Shown here piece after piece: positions 32,727 through 41,812 of a DNA stretch of 63,025 nt; within the stretch, counting starts at the first letter, position 1, and each line of letters opens with the position of its first letter. The translations under genes and the position numbers were made by a program. Under the pieces are notes generated by a model. The model saw only the letters and a program-made list of their open reading frames with translations, searched no databases and was not told the DNA's origin. Origin of the DNA: an uncultured Alphaproteobacteria bacterium (GTDB lineage Bacteria > Pseudomonadota > Alphaproteobacteria > HIMB59 > GCA-002718135); the NCBI GenBank assembly GCA_902605135.1, contig CACLBK010000003.1, positions 1 through 63,025 on the forward strand, in the 5' to 3' direction.

Positions 32727-33359
32727 ATGACAAAAGAAATTGAAATACCTTTAGTTAAAGCAACAAATGAAAATCTTAAAGGATATGGGTATTTAATCGA
32801 TAGTTTTGAAAATAGTGATATTGAAATTGTTACTTGGCCAAAACAAGGATGGCGCGACATAGAAGAGGGAACAGGAAATGAAGGTGGAACTACCGAAGGT
32901 TCTTTTGATACCTGGTGGCAAGGTGACGTGCTTTATGGACAAAATAATGCTGTCCAACATAAGAGCGATTATGAAGTAGATGGAAAATATATACTGGGTT
33001 ATGCCAATAACCCCGATCAAGAATTGCAAAAAGATAAATATTCAGATCCAACAAAAATATTTCTATGGCATGCAAATTATCATCCTGATGGAGGTCAGCT
33101 TTTTTTTCCTGCAGAAAATAAACCATTTATTTGTCCTTTAGCTTTACCAACAGACGACATCGAACCAGAACATTTCAAAGCATTTTATTGTGATGGATCA
33201 AAAGGTTTGTATATTCATCCAAACATTTGGCATGAAGGGGTGTTTCCAGTTTCAGAAAAACAATCATTTCAAGGAAAACAAGGTAAAGTACATGCAAGAG
33301 TTAGCATCGACTTAAAAGAGGAATTTAATAAGTATATTTATTTTAAAACTGCGGTCTAA
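32727..33359 (+). CDS. Ureidoglycolate-lyase-like cupin protein of unknown function
   Basis: AT.E....YG.L, HANYHPDGGQLFFP, F.AF..DG..GL.I.P..WH pattern as in AllA-like cupins. Confidence 0.65.
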   Translation: MTKEIEIPLVKATNENLKGYGYLIDSFENSDIEIVTWPKQGWRDIEEGTGNEGGTTEGSFDTWWQGDVLYGQNNAVQHKSDYEVDGKYILGYANNPDQELQKDKYSDPTKIFLWHANYHPDGGQLFFPAENKPFICPLALPTDDIEPEHFKAFYCDGSKGLYIHPNIWHEGVFPVSEKQSFQGKQGKVHARVSIDLKEEFNKYIYFKTAV

Positions 33360-33379
33360 TTATAAATTTATATAAAATA

Positions 33380-34168
33380 ATGAAAATTATTCATCTTTCA
33401 GACCCTCATATTTATATAGATAAGATTCATGGCATAGATCCTGTCAGTAAATTTAAAAAAGCATTAAGTCATATAAAAAATAATCATGGTGATGCAGATT
33501 TATTTGCCATCACTGGTGATATTACAGACTTAGGTGATAAAGATTCTTATCAGTTATTTATAAAAATCATTGATGAAGCAGGTCTGCCAAAGAATTTAAA
33601 TCCTCAATTAATTATAGGTAATCATGATAACAGAGATGAGTTTAAAATAAACTTTCCTAATATTGAAACCGATCCAAATGGATTTATTCAATACTTTAAG
33701 GATATAGATAATAAACGTTTAATTTTTATAGATACTAATCTAATTAATACTCACCAAGGACATTACTGTGAAGAGAGGCAAGAATGGTTAAATAATATTT
33801 TAAGTAAGACTAATACAGATACGTATATCTTTATGCATCATAATCCACTGGCATTAGTAAAAGAGGAAAGTGATGGAATAGGATTACAACAAAAAAAAGA
33901 GTTTCAAAAAATTTTAACGAAAAATAATAAGATAATAAAACATATTTTTTTTGGTCATCAACACATTACAAGTTCTGGCTCTTATTGTGGTATTACTTTT
34001 TCTTCACCAAGAAGTACTTGGTCTCCTCTAATACCTAACTTTTCAAATGAATATCGTTTAGGAACAGCTAATACAGATACAAATTATAATGTTGCAATAA
34101 TTCGATCTGACGCCTTAATTATTCATACAGAGGATTTTTTAAAAACAGAAGTTAATTGGTTTAAATAA
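33380..34168 (+). CDS. Metallophosphoesterase/phosphodiesterase, GpdQ/CpdA-like
   Basis: HLSDPH, TGDITD.G, GNHD.R, MHH.P, FGHQH. Confidence 0.9.
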   Translation: MKIIHLSDPHIYIDKIHGIDPVSKFKKALSHIKNNHGDADLFAITGDITDLGDKDSYQLFIKIIDEAGLPKNLNPQLIIGNHDNRDEFKINFPNIETDPNGFIQYFKDIDNKRLIFIDTNLINTHQGHYCEERQEWLNNILSKTNTDTYIFMHHNPLALVKEESDGIGLQQKKEFQKILTKNNKIIKHIFFGHQHITSSGSYCGITFSSPRSTWSPLIPNFSNEYRLGTANTDTNYNVAIIRSDALIIHTEDFLKTEVNWFK

Positions 34169-34172
34169 AAGA

Positions 34173-35279
34173 TTATTTTTTTTCGATTACAAATATTTCA
34201 TTGTTAAAATAAAGACCTTTATTTTTAGCAACAATGTTTTGGACTACTTTTTCGTAATTTTTTGTTTTTTCTACCTTCATTACTTTTTCGTCATCCATTT
34301 GGTTGACATATATGGAGGCATTCCAAGCAGAGAAAACTAATGATGTCGCTATACCTCCAGTGATTTCTGTTGGAAGAGCTCTCAGTTTACATTTAATAAT
34401 TCTTTTTTCTCCAAAAGATAAACTGCTTAATAACTCTTTATCTAAATTTTTCTTAAGATAAGAAACGATACTATTTCCAAGAGAAGGAAAAGGGTCCTCT
34501 TTTGGCCAAATTTTTCGAATTATTTCATTAGCAGGATCTTTTCCTGAAGCATGAATAGTTAATAATTTCCCTTTTGATTTTAAGGCTCTAATCATTGGTT
34601 CAATGACATATTTTGATTTCTTTTCTGCTGAAATTCTTGACCGATAAGGCTGTGAAGCAATAATAAGATCAAATTTATTATCTGATCTTTTTTTGGTAGG
34701 GATTAATTCATTAACATTAAATTCTTGATCTTCGCGGTAGATAACCATGACTGAAGGCTCTTTATAAGTATGGTTACCTGATTTTTTATTAATTTCTATA
34801 TTCCATTTTTTTTCTAAAAATTCATTTTGTTTTCTTAATTGTTGAGCAAATTCAAGAGAAGTGTCACCTTTTAATTTAATAATATTCCAATTAATTTTTT
34901 TCTGTTTAACTTCATTTTTTGATTTTAGGTTTGCGGCTTCCGCGTAGTGTAGATTTGAAATGACAAAAACAGTATTCTTATGCTCAACAAACCTATCGGG
35001 TAATTTTTCTAAACCTAATCTTACATCTTCTATGCTTATTTCTTTTGTGCAAACTAATAGAGGTACGTTAGGCCTAGCTTCGTGGCACTGACGCATTACA
35101 TTCATAAGTAAAGAACCATCCCCCATACCAGCATCAAATATTTTTAAACCAGGTTTTTGAGGTTTAATTTTATTTACGTGAGGACGTATCGCATCGGCAA
35201 TTTGATTTTTTTCATTTGTTGTTGTGACAAATAATAAATATTTTTGTCTGTTATCATAAAACCTGAAATTTTTTTTCAT
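34173..35279 (-). CDS. Conserved hypothetical protein with class I SAM-binding-like motif
   Basis: IFDAGMGDGS motif-I-like, KEIS.ED, FDLIIASQPY; 2 nt downstream of the Fe-ADH gene. Confidence 0.6.
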   Translation of the reverse strand: MKKNFRFYDNRQKYLLFVTTTNEKNQIADAIRPHVNKIKPQKPGLKIFDAGMGDGSLLMNVMRQCHEARPNVPLLVCTKEISIEDVRLGLEKLPDRFVEHKNTVFVISNLHYAEAANLKSKNEVKQKKINWNIIKLKGDTSLEFAQQLRKQNEFLEKKWNIEINKKSGNHTYKEPSVMVIYREDQEFNVNELIPTKKRSDNKFDLIIASQPYRSRISAEKKSKYVIEPMIRALKSKGKLLTIHASGKDPANEIIRKIWPKEDPFPSLGNSIVSYLKKNLDKELLSSLSFGEKRIIKCKLRALPTEITGGIATSLVFSAWNASIYVNQMDDEKVMKVEKTKNYEKVVQNIVAKNKGLYFNNEIFVIEKK

Positions 35280-35281
35280 TA

Positions 35282-36394
35282 CTAATAAAGTCCCATTGAT
35301 TTAGCAGAAGAGATGAAGGCTTCTTTATTGCCAATAAAGTTTTTACCTCGTTCCCCTAAAAACGCATCATCTACTATATTATTCCATTCTTGAACAGGAA
35401 CTTTTATTTCATTTAAGTTAAGAGGAACCTCTAAAGAACGCATAAATTCACTCAGATGATTTGCGGCATTCTCTAGGTTATCGTTAAAAATTAATTTTAG
35501 TCTTTCTTCAGCTACACTATCAATTCCAACCATACTTTTAGTAATCATCGGTAAAGTAAATGAACAAGCAATACCATGCTGAATACCGTAATTGAGTGTC
35601 ACAGGGTATGATAGATTGTGCGCAATAGCAGTTTTCGTATTGGAAAACGCTAAGCCAGCATGAACGCATGCCAATGCAATGTTTGAGCGTAATACAACAT
35701 TTCTTAAATCTTTAGTGAGAAGTGGTAAATTTTCTAATACTAATTTTGATGCTTGTATTGCATGAGAAGCAGAAATTGGGTTCGCATTAATATTCCAAAT
35801 ACTTTCCATTGAATGGGAGAGAGCATCTAAACCAGTTGAAATGGTCAAGCCTAAAGGCTTATCAACCATAATAGATGGATCAATAATTGCTTTTTCTGCA
35901 TAAAGAGATTTATGAGCCAAAGATAATTTATTGTTTTTTTCTTTATCCCAAATTGTGGCCCAACACGTAAGCTCACTTGATGTTCCTGAAGTTGTAGGTA
36001 TTGCAATAATCTTGATTGAATTTTCGACTCTTGGACTTTTCTTATTGCGAACGAAATCTGTTAGGTATTCTTGTTTATCTTTAAATGCAGCAATTGCTTT
36101 AGCTGTGTCTGTAACAGAGCCACCACCTATAGCTAAAATATAATCTACCGATTCATTGATTAAAGAAAATTTTTTTTGTAGCTCTAAAATATCCTTATAA
36201 TCTGGATTAGGTTGAACATCCGTCATAATGGATAAGGGTGGATTTGAAGAAGATTTTAATTCATCGCTATATTTTTTAAAAATTTCTTCTGGATGAGTGA
36301 TAATGATGTAGTTCTTATTTTTAAGAGCATCATGTACTTCTTTAAATCTATTTTCTCCAAAGATAATTTCAACAGGGTTAAAATAATTCCACAT
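35282..36394 (-). CDS. Iron-containing alcohol dehydrogenase, hydroxyethylphosphonate dehydrogenase/phosphonoacetaldehyde reductase-like
   Basis: GGGS..D.AK, PTTSGT.SE.T.WAT.WD, DALSH..ES.W, AFSNTKTAIAH.LSY..T...HG.AC; metal ligands intact. Confidence 0.85.
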   Translation of the reverse strand: MWNYFNPVEIIFGENRFKEVHDALKNKNYIIITHPEEIFKKYSDELKSSSNPPLSIMTDVQPNPDYKDILELQKKFSLINESVDYILAIGGGSVTDTAKAIAAFKDKQEYLTDFVRNKKSPRVENSIKIIAIPTTSGTSSELTCWATIWDKEKNNKLSLAHKSLYAEKAIIDPSIMVDKPLGLTISTGLDALSHSMESIWNINANPISASHAIQASKLVLENLPLLTKDLRNVVLRSNIALACVHAGLAFSNTKTAIAHNLSYPVTLNYGIQHGIACSFTLPMITKSMVGIDSVAEERLKLIFNDNLENAANHLSEFMRSLEVPLNLNEIKVPVQEWNNIVDDAFLGERGKNFIGNKEAFISSAKSMGLY

Positions 36395-36398
36395 TACA

Positions 36399-37478
36399 TT
36401 AAATTGATTTTGCCGCTTTAGTTAAAATTGTCATTTTCTCAATTGCTTGTTCTCTTGTAAAAAAACCTAATCCACAATCAGGAGCAGCAATTAAACGATT
36501 TTCATCAATATGCTCTAAAGAATCTTTCATACGAACTCTAACTTCTTCTACTGTCTCCATTCTGCTTTTAGCAATGTCAATAAATCCAAAAATAACTTTT
36601 GTTTTTGTAAATTTTTCTAAAAGATTTAAGTCATTATGTCTGTGGGAGTCTTCTAAGGATACTTCGTCAATTGTAGAGTCATCTACTAAAGTAGCAATTC
36701 TATCATAAGCATCTAATTCTGCTTTCTTGTATCCATGAGAATCTAAGGAATTTGGATAACCACAACAGATATGACAAACTCGTTGAACTTCTTTTGGAAT
36801 ACCATGCATCATTCTTTCCAAGTTTTCCATGCCATAAGCATTGGCCTCATCGGGTTTTCTTGCAAAAACTGGTTCATCAATTTGGATATATTGACAACCA
36901 GCATCTGCTAGAGCTTTTACCTCTTTGTTTAGAGCCAAAGCTAAATCAAAACCAAGTTTTTTCATGTCATCATAATAATTATTAGCAATAGAATCTGTTA
37001 TTGTCATCGGTCCGGGGAGAGTTATTTTAACTGGATTTTTTGTAAATTGCTGAGCACTTTTCCAATCTATATGCATTCGAATTTCTTTACTTGAAATTGG
37101 AGCTACTATCGTTGGAAGATCAGCTTCAAAGGCTCCTTGTCGTACAGATTTATGAGTTACCTCTTTAAAACTTACACCATTTAAAAAACGACATTGGTAT
37201 AAAACATAACTTTCACGTCTTACTTCTCCATCAGTTGGAACATCAATTCCCGCATTTACCTGATCAATAATAACTTCTTTAATTGCTTCTAAAAATAATT
37301 TTTCTGCTTCTTCACCTGCTGACTCTAATGCCTTTTCATAAGCGCCTGGAGACCAATTAGATAAAAGTCCTTTTGAAGCTTTTCTCTCTTCTTCTGATTT
37401 GGTACCTAAAAACCAATCTTGAATTGGTGTCTGTTTTGGTTTTGGATATGCACCTATGGTAGTAGTTGTAAGAGGCAT
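36399..37478 (-). CDS. Stand-alone MetE C-terminal (cobalamin-independent methionine synthase II / core) family Zn enzyme
   Basis: TTIGAYPKP, TDGE.RR, K.TLPGP.T, IQIDEP, HICCG, APDCG; 359 aa with no N-terminal MetE barrel. Confidence 0.88.
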   Translation of the reverse strand: MPLTTTTIGAYPKPKQTPIQDWFLGTKSEEERKASKGLLSNWSPGAYEKALESAGEEAEKLFLEAIKEVIIDQVNAGIDVPTDGEVRRESYVLYQCRFLNGVSFKEVTHKSVRQGAFEADLPTIVAPISSKEIRMHIDWKSAQQFTKNPVKITLPGPMTITDSIANNYYDDMKKLGFDLALALNKEVKALADAGCQYIQIDEPVFARKPDEANAYGMENLERMMHGIPKEVQRVCHICCGYPNSLDSHGYKKAELDAYDRIATLVDDSTIDEVSLEDSHRHNDLNLLEKFTKTKVIFGFIDIAKSRMETVEEVRVRMKDSLEHIDENRLIAAPDCGLGFFTREQAIEKMTILTKAAKSI

Positions 37479-37508
37479 GACTTATTCTCCCAAATATCTT
37501 AAAATAAA

Positions 37509-37533
37509 ACAGCGGCTTTTATAAAGCCGCTGT
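37509..37533 (-). terminator. Stem-loop after the SBP gene (terminator or mRNA-stabilising hairpin)
   Basis: ACAGCGGCTTT-TAT-AAAGCCGCTGT perfect 11-bp stem, followed by TTTATTTT on the minus strand. Confidence 0.75.
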
Positions 37534-37560
37534 AATAAAAAGTTAACAATAAAGTAATCT

Positions 37561-38814
37561 TTATAGAAGATCGTTTATTTCTTCCATCATCTCTTCTTGA
37601 AGATCACCCATGTCGTCAGCATCACCTGTAGCAATTTCTTCAGTATAATCATAGATTACCTGAGTTACTGCTAATCCGTTTTCACCAGGATATGCAAACC
37701 AATCGGCTAATAATGGAAGTTGTTCAACAGCAGTAAGTTTATTAGGGTTTTCACTATAGAAATCACCTAATAATTCATTCGCTGCTTTATTTGGTGGAAC
37801 GTATCCAGTAGTTTCAGCAACAAGTGCTGCACCTATACCAGAAGTAATGAACTTTAAGAAAGTCCAAGCCGCATCCACTCTTGCTGGGTCATCAGAAGTA
37901 GAAACCAACATCGCAGCATTACCACCTGCTGGTAGTCTTGCTGGTGTTCCATTATTCACACCTGCCATTCCAGGAAATGGTGCTGTTTTAAGAACAAAAT
38001 CTGCTTTTGCAGCATTAACTGAACCTAAGCTAGAAGTTGACCAGAACATCATACCGATAGTACCTGCATTAAAAGCAGCTTGACCATCAGCAATTGAATA
38101 GTTTGGCATATTACAACCACTCATGATTTCTTTCATTTGTTCTAAAGTAGCCAGACCTGCATCTCCACCCATGTTGACAGTTCCATCTTTTACCATTGGT
38201 ACATTTTGAGTATGCATTAAAGCTTGGTGGAACCAGTTACCTGTAATGTTCCAACCAAAATATAAAGTTCCTTTTCCAGCTGCCTCTAATTTATTACAAG
38301 CTGCAATAACTTCATCCCAGTTGGTTGGGATGCTATCTATACCTGCTTCAGCTAATAAATCCATGTTGTAGTATCCAACTGGAGTTGATACAGAAAATGG
38401 TAAACCATAAACTTCACCACCAAAGGTAGATAGGCTTAACATTGCAGAGTGATAACCATCTTTTTCAAAATCAGCTTCTCCTGCAATAAAAGGTTCAAGT
38501 GATTTTGCAATTTCTTTATCAACCAATGGCGCTTGTCTATTAAGACCTTGCATTGTTACATCTGGTAAATTACCTGAAGTTGATTCTCTGAAAATTGTTG
38601 CAGTAGCATCCTCATAGTTTTCATAAGTTGCTCTGAACTTTACTTGAATATCTGGATGTGCTTTTTCAAACTCTGGCATAATAGCTTGAAACGTTACATC
38701 GAATAATCCTGAATAAGGATAAGCTACTTCTATCTCAATAGATTTAGCTGAATTAACTGAACCATAAAAACCAAAAGCTAATACAGCAGCTAATCCTGTA
38801 ATTAATTTTTTCAT
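37561..38814 (-). CDS. ABC transporter substrate-binding protein, CUT1/UgpB-like
   Basis: Signal peptide, YGLPFSVSTPV.YYN.D, P..WDE, GGNAAM, AAW.FLKF, TGY.P; RBS GGAGG. Confidence 0.88.
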   Translation of the reverse strand: MKKLITGLAAVLAFGFYGSVNSAKSIEIEVAYPYSGLFDVTFQAIMPEFEKAHPDIQVKFRATYENYEDATATIFRESTSGNLPDVTMQGLNRQAPLVDKEIAKSLEPFIAGEADFEKDGYHSAMLSLSTFGGEVYGLPFSVSTPVGYYNMDLLAEAGIDSIPTNWDEVIAACNKLEAAGKGTLYFGWNITGNWFHQALMHTQNVPMVKDGTVNMGGDAGLATLEQMKEIMSGCNMPNYSIADGQAAFNAGTIGMMFWSTSSLGSVNAAKADFVLKTAPFPGMAGVNNGTPARLPAGGNAAMLVSTSDDPARVDAAWTFLKFITSGIGAALVAETTGYVPPNKAANELLGDFYSENPNKLTAVEQLPLLADWFAYPGENGLAVTQVIYDYTEEIATGDADDMGDLQEEMMEEINDLL

Positions 38815-38868
38815 TTAATCCTCCGATTTTAATAAAATATAAATTAACCTACCATGTAGAATAATGAG

Positions 38869-38886
38869 GTTACAATTTTATTACGT
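38869..38886 (-). promoter_or_regulatory. Putative Pho box upstream of the SBP-MetE-like-FeADH operon
   Basis: Minus strand ACGTAAT-AAAA-TTGTAAC, with a weaker third half-site TCGGAAT 11 nt further upstream. Confidence 0.5.
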
Positions 38887-38954
38887 AATTATTCCGAAAA
38901 AATAATAGTATTTTTCCACAGCTCTTAAGATATTGTTGAAAATCTAGGTTTTTT

Positions 38955-40397
38955 TTACCAAGGTAAAGAAAATGTTTTAACGTTGGTAAAGCTTTTCATC
39001 GCTTCAATTACACCCTCTTTATAACCAAGACCTGAGTCTTTAATTCCTCCAAAAGGAGACATTTCAATTCTGTAGCCTGGCACCTCCCAAATATTTACAG
39101 TGCCAACATTTAAACCTTGAATATATTTTTTTGCTCGCATGAAGTTGTTTGTACATACACCTGATGATAATCCAAATGCTGTAGAATTAGAAATATTCAT
39201 CACGGCATCATCATCATTTGGTACACGGATGATTGGAATAACTGGACCAAATGTTTCTTCTAAAACTAATTCACTTTTAGGATCAACATTGTCTACTACT
39301 ATTGGAGGCAACAACGCACCGTTTCTTCCAGGGTGATATAAAATTTTAGCACCGTCTTCTTCCGCCATTGAAACTCTTTTATCAAATAGTTCTGCAGCTT
39401 GAACATTAACAACTGTTCCTAAATCTGTTTCCATATTCATTGGGTCACCAAATTTAATTTTTTTTGCTCTTTCAAGAGTCATTTCAACAAATTGATCAGC
39501 AATTGATTCTTGAACTAAAATTCTTTTAACTGCAGTACAGCGCTGTCCTGAATTTTTTGTTGCGCCAGTAACAGCTAGCTCAACAGCTTTTTTAAGGTCA
39601 TCGACGTCTAAATCATTTAATACAATTAATGGATCGTTTCCACCAAGTTCTAGAACAGTTCTTTTATATCCAGCTTGTTCGGCAATTAATTTTCCTACAC
39701 CTACACTTCCTGTAAAAGTAATAAGATCGATATTTGGGTTCTTAATCATTTCAGAGCCAATATCTTGCGGCCACCCGGTAACAACTGAAAACATTTCTGG
39801 TGGTAAACCAGCTTCGTATAAAACATCAGCGAGTACCATTGCTGTTAAAGGTGTTAATTCTGTCTGCTTACAAACAGTACAATTGTTTGTTGCAATTGAT
39901 GGAGCAATTTTATGTGCTACCATATTCAAAGGATGATTAAATGGAGTGATTGCTGAAATAGCTGTTAATGGTTCTCTTATAGTAAATATTTTTCTTGCTT
40001 TTCCATGTGGAGTTAAATCACAAGAAAATATTTCTCCATCATCTAGAATACAAAGTTGAGCCGTTAATGAAAATACATCGAAAGCTCTTCCTACTTCGTA
40101 TAAAGAATCTTGTTTTGAGATACCAAGTTCTAAAGTAATAATATCAGAAATTTCTTCTTTTCTTTTAACAAGTACTTCTGCAGCAGTTTGAAGAATTTTT
40201 TGTCTCTCATATCTTGTAAGTTTAGGTTGGTAATTTGCAGCAATATCTAGAGCCTTTCTTGCATGCTCAGCAGTACCGGCAGGGACCGTGCCGATTACTT
40301 CACCTGTAAAAGGGTACTCAACATTTATTGTTTTATCTGAAGTAACTTTTTCTCCAGCTATACGCATTGCTTCATTAATCATTTTTTTGTGCATCAT
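38955..40397 (-). CDS. phnY: Phosphonoacetaldehyde dehydrogenase (NAD+ ALDH)
   Basis: [57 protein letters not shown]; coupled to phnA. Confidence 0.95.
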   Translation of the reverse strand: MMHKKMINEAMRIAGEKVTSDKTINVEYPFTGEVIGTVPAGTAEHARKALDIAANYQPKLTRYERQKILQTAAEVLVKRKEEISDIITLELGISKQDSLYEVGRAFDVFSLTAQLCILDDGEIFSCDLTPHGKARKIFTIREPLTAISAITPFNHPLNMVAHKIAPSIATNNCTVCKQTELTPLTAMVLADVLYEAGLPPEMFSVVTGWPQDIGSEMIKNPNIDLITFTGSVGVGKLIAEQAGYKRTVLELGGNDPLIVLNDLDVDDLKKAVELAVTGATKNSGQRCTAVKRILVQESIADQFVEMTLERAKKIKFGDPMNMETDLGTVVNVQAAELFDKRVSMAEEDGAKILYHPGRNGALLPPIVVDNVDPKSELVLEETFGPVIPIIRVPNDDDAVMNISNSTAFGLSSGVCTNNFMRAKKYIQGLNVGTVNIWEVPGYRIEMSPFGGIKDSGLGYKEGVIEAMKSFTNVKTFSLPW

Positions 40398-41635
40398 AGG
40401 GCTCCGTTAATTGCATAGTAAAATGCATCATAGTTATATAATTGTTTGCTAGTATCTATGTTTTGTAATTTTAAATTTGATATGAATGGCACTTCTCTTT
40501 CATGAAGTCCACCATGAGAACGTAAAGGTTCATTTAATCCAGAAAGATTGTGTTTATCTTCCGATGAACCAATGGTCATAAATTCTGAAGACATACATAT
40601 TATGTCTCCCATTCTATCAGGGGGTAAGTTATAAGTAGAGCATCCTTCGTCTTTTGTTAAAACAACTTCTATATCTTTTATTTCTTTGATAGCATTTACA
40701 ACTGAATCTACCTTACTTTTGTCTTCTAAATAAATTGTTGCAAAAGAACCAAGTGAACCATGATGCACGACATATGGATCTGTAATTGGTAGAATAACTT
40801 TAGCCATGTTTGGTTCAAATTTATTATCTAAATAATCTTGTAAAAATATTGCATTAGGTGAACCGTCTTCTTTTGATTTTGGTTTCATACCGTGATCTGC
40901 TGTAATGATTATAGAAACATTCTCCTTATTTAAAAGACCAATATATTTATCAAACATTGCATAAAATTTATTTGCTGTTTCATTTCCTGGTGCATATTTG
41001 TGCTGAATATAATCTGTTGTCGATAAATACATGATATTTGGTTTGAACTCTTCAAGAAGCTTTACACCTGCGGCCATTACAAATTCAGAAAGTCCTTCAG
41101 AGTATACTTCTGGCACTGGCATTCCCAACCAATCGTTTACATTATCTATACCATTGAGATCTTTTGTTGCTTGATCAGATTTTTCAGCAGAAAAACAAAT
41201 AGCTCTCTCATCATCAAAACTTAATCCGTTTCCTAAAAGTGTTCTCAGCTTATCTTTTGCAGTAACAAGAGCAATTTTAGAACCAGAATTGTAAAATTTT
41301 TCAAAAATAGTTGGTGCTCGCATATATTTTGGGTCATTCATCATTACTTCTTCACCAGTCTCGGGTGTATAAAAAAAGTTTCCGCATATACCGTGAACAG
41401 AACTTGGCTGCCCAGTTACAATGGAAATATTATTAGGATTTGTAAAACTTGGAATAGCGCTGTGAACAAGTAGGTTTTCACCACTTGCAATTAGTTTGTC
41501 AAGATTTGGCGTAAGATTTGATTTTGATGCTTCGTCGAGATACTCTTTTTGACTACCATCAAGACATATAACAATAGCAGTTTTTGAGAAAGAGCTTGGA
41601 TATTCTCTTTTATTAATTTCTAAATTATCAGACAC
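40394..41635 (-). CDS. phnA: Phosphonoacetate hydrolase (GTG start)
   Basis: [51 protein letters not shown]. Confidence 0.96.
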   Translation of the reverse strand: MSDNLEINKREYPSSFSKTAIVICLDGSQKEYLDEASKSNLTPNLDKLIASGENLLVHSAIPSFTNPNNISIVTGQPSSVHGICGNFFYTPETGEEVMMNDPKYMRAPTIFEKFYNSGSKIALVTAKDKLRTLLGNGLSFDDERAICFSAEKSDQATKDLNGIDNVNDWLGMPVPEVYSEGLSEFVMAAGVKLLEEFKPNIMYLSTTDYIQHKYAPGNETANKFYAMFDKYIGLLNKENVSIIITADHGMKPKSKEDGSPNAIFLQDYLDNKFEPNMAKVILPITDPYVVHHGSLGSFATIYLEDKSKVDSVVNAIKEIKDIEVVLTKDEGCSTYNLPPDRMGDIICMSSEFMTIGSSEDKHNLSGLNEPLRSHGGLHEREVPFISNLKLQNIDTSKQLYNYDAFYYAINGAL

Positions 41636-41711
41636 GAATTCAACTAATATATCATTAAAAATAAGAATTTATAGTTATCTGCTAGTTAAACTCAATCATA
41701 ATTTGAATATT

Positions 41712-41755
41712 TGTTAATAAAATTGAAATAAAACTGAAATAATTAGATTTATAAT
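41712..41755 (+). promoter_or_regulatory. Putative Pho-box-like 11-nt repeats and -10 element upstream of the ABC ATPase
   Basis: TGTTAAT-AAAA-TTGAAAT-AAAA-CTGAAAT (41712-41740), then TATAAT at 41750-41755. Confidence 0.45.
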
Positions 41756-41812
41756 ATTCTCAAATTTAATAAAATTTTGTAGATTAAATATAATTATAAG
41801 GGGGGAGATTAA

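Noticed and set aside
38955-40397. phnY as the PhnZ partner PhnY*
   Set aside because: The sequence is an NAD+ aldehyde dehydrogenase, not an Fe/2OG dioxygenase. Only the name is shared.
30958-41635. Reading the cluster as phosphonate biosynthesis (Fe-ADH plus AEP transaminase)
   Set aside because: There is no pepM, ppd or nucleotidyltransferase in the window, and phnA, phnY, phnZ and an importer indicate catabolism.
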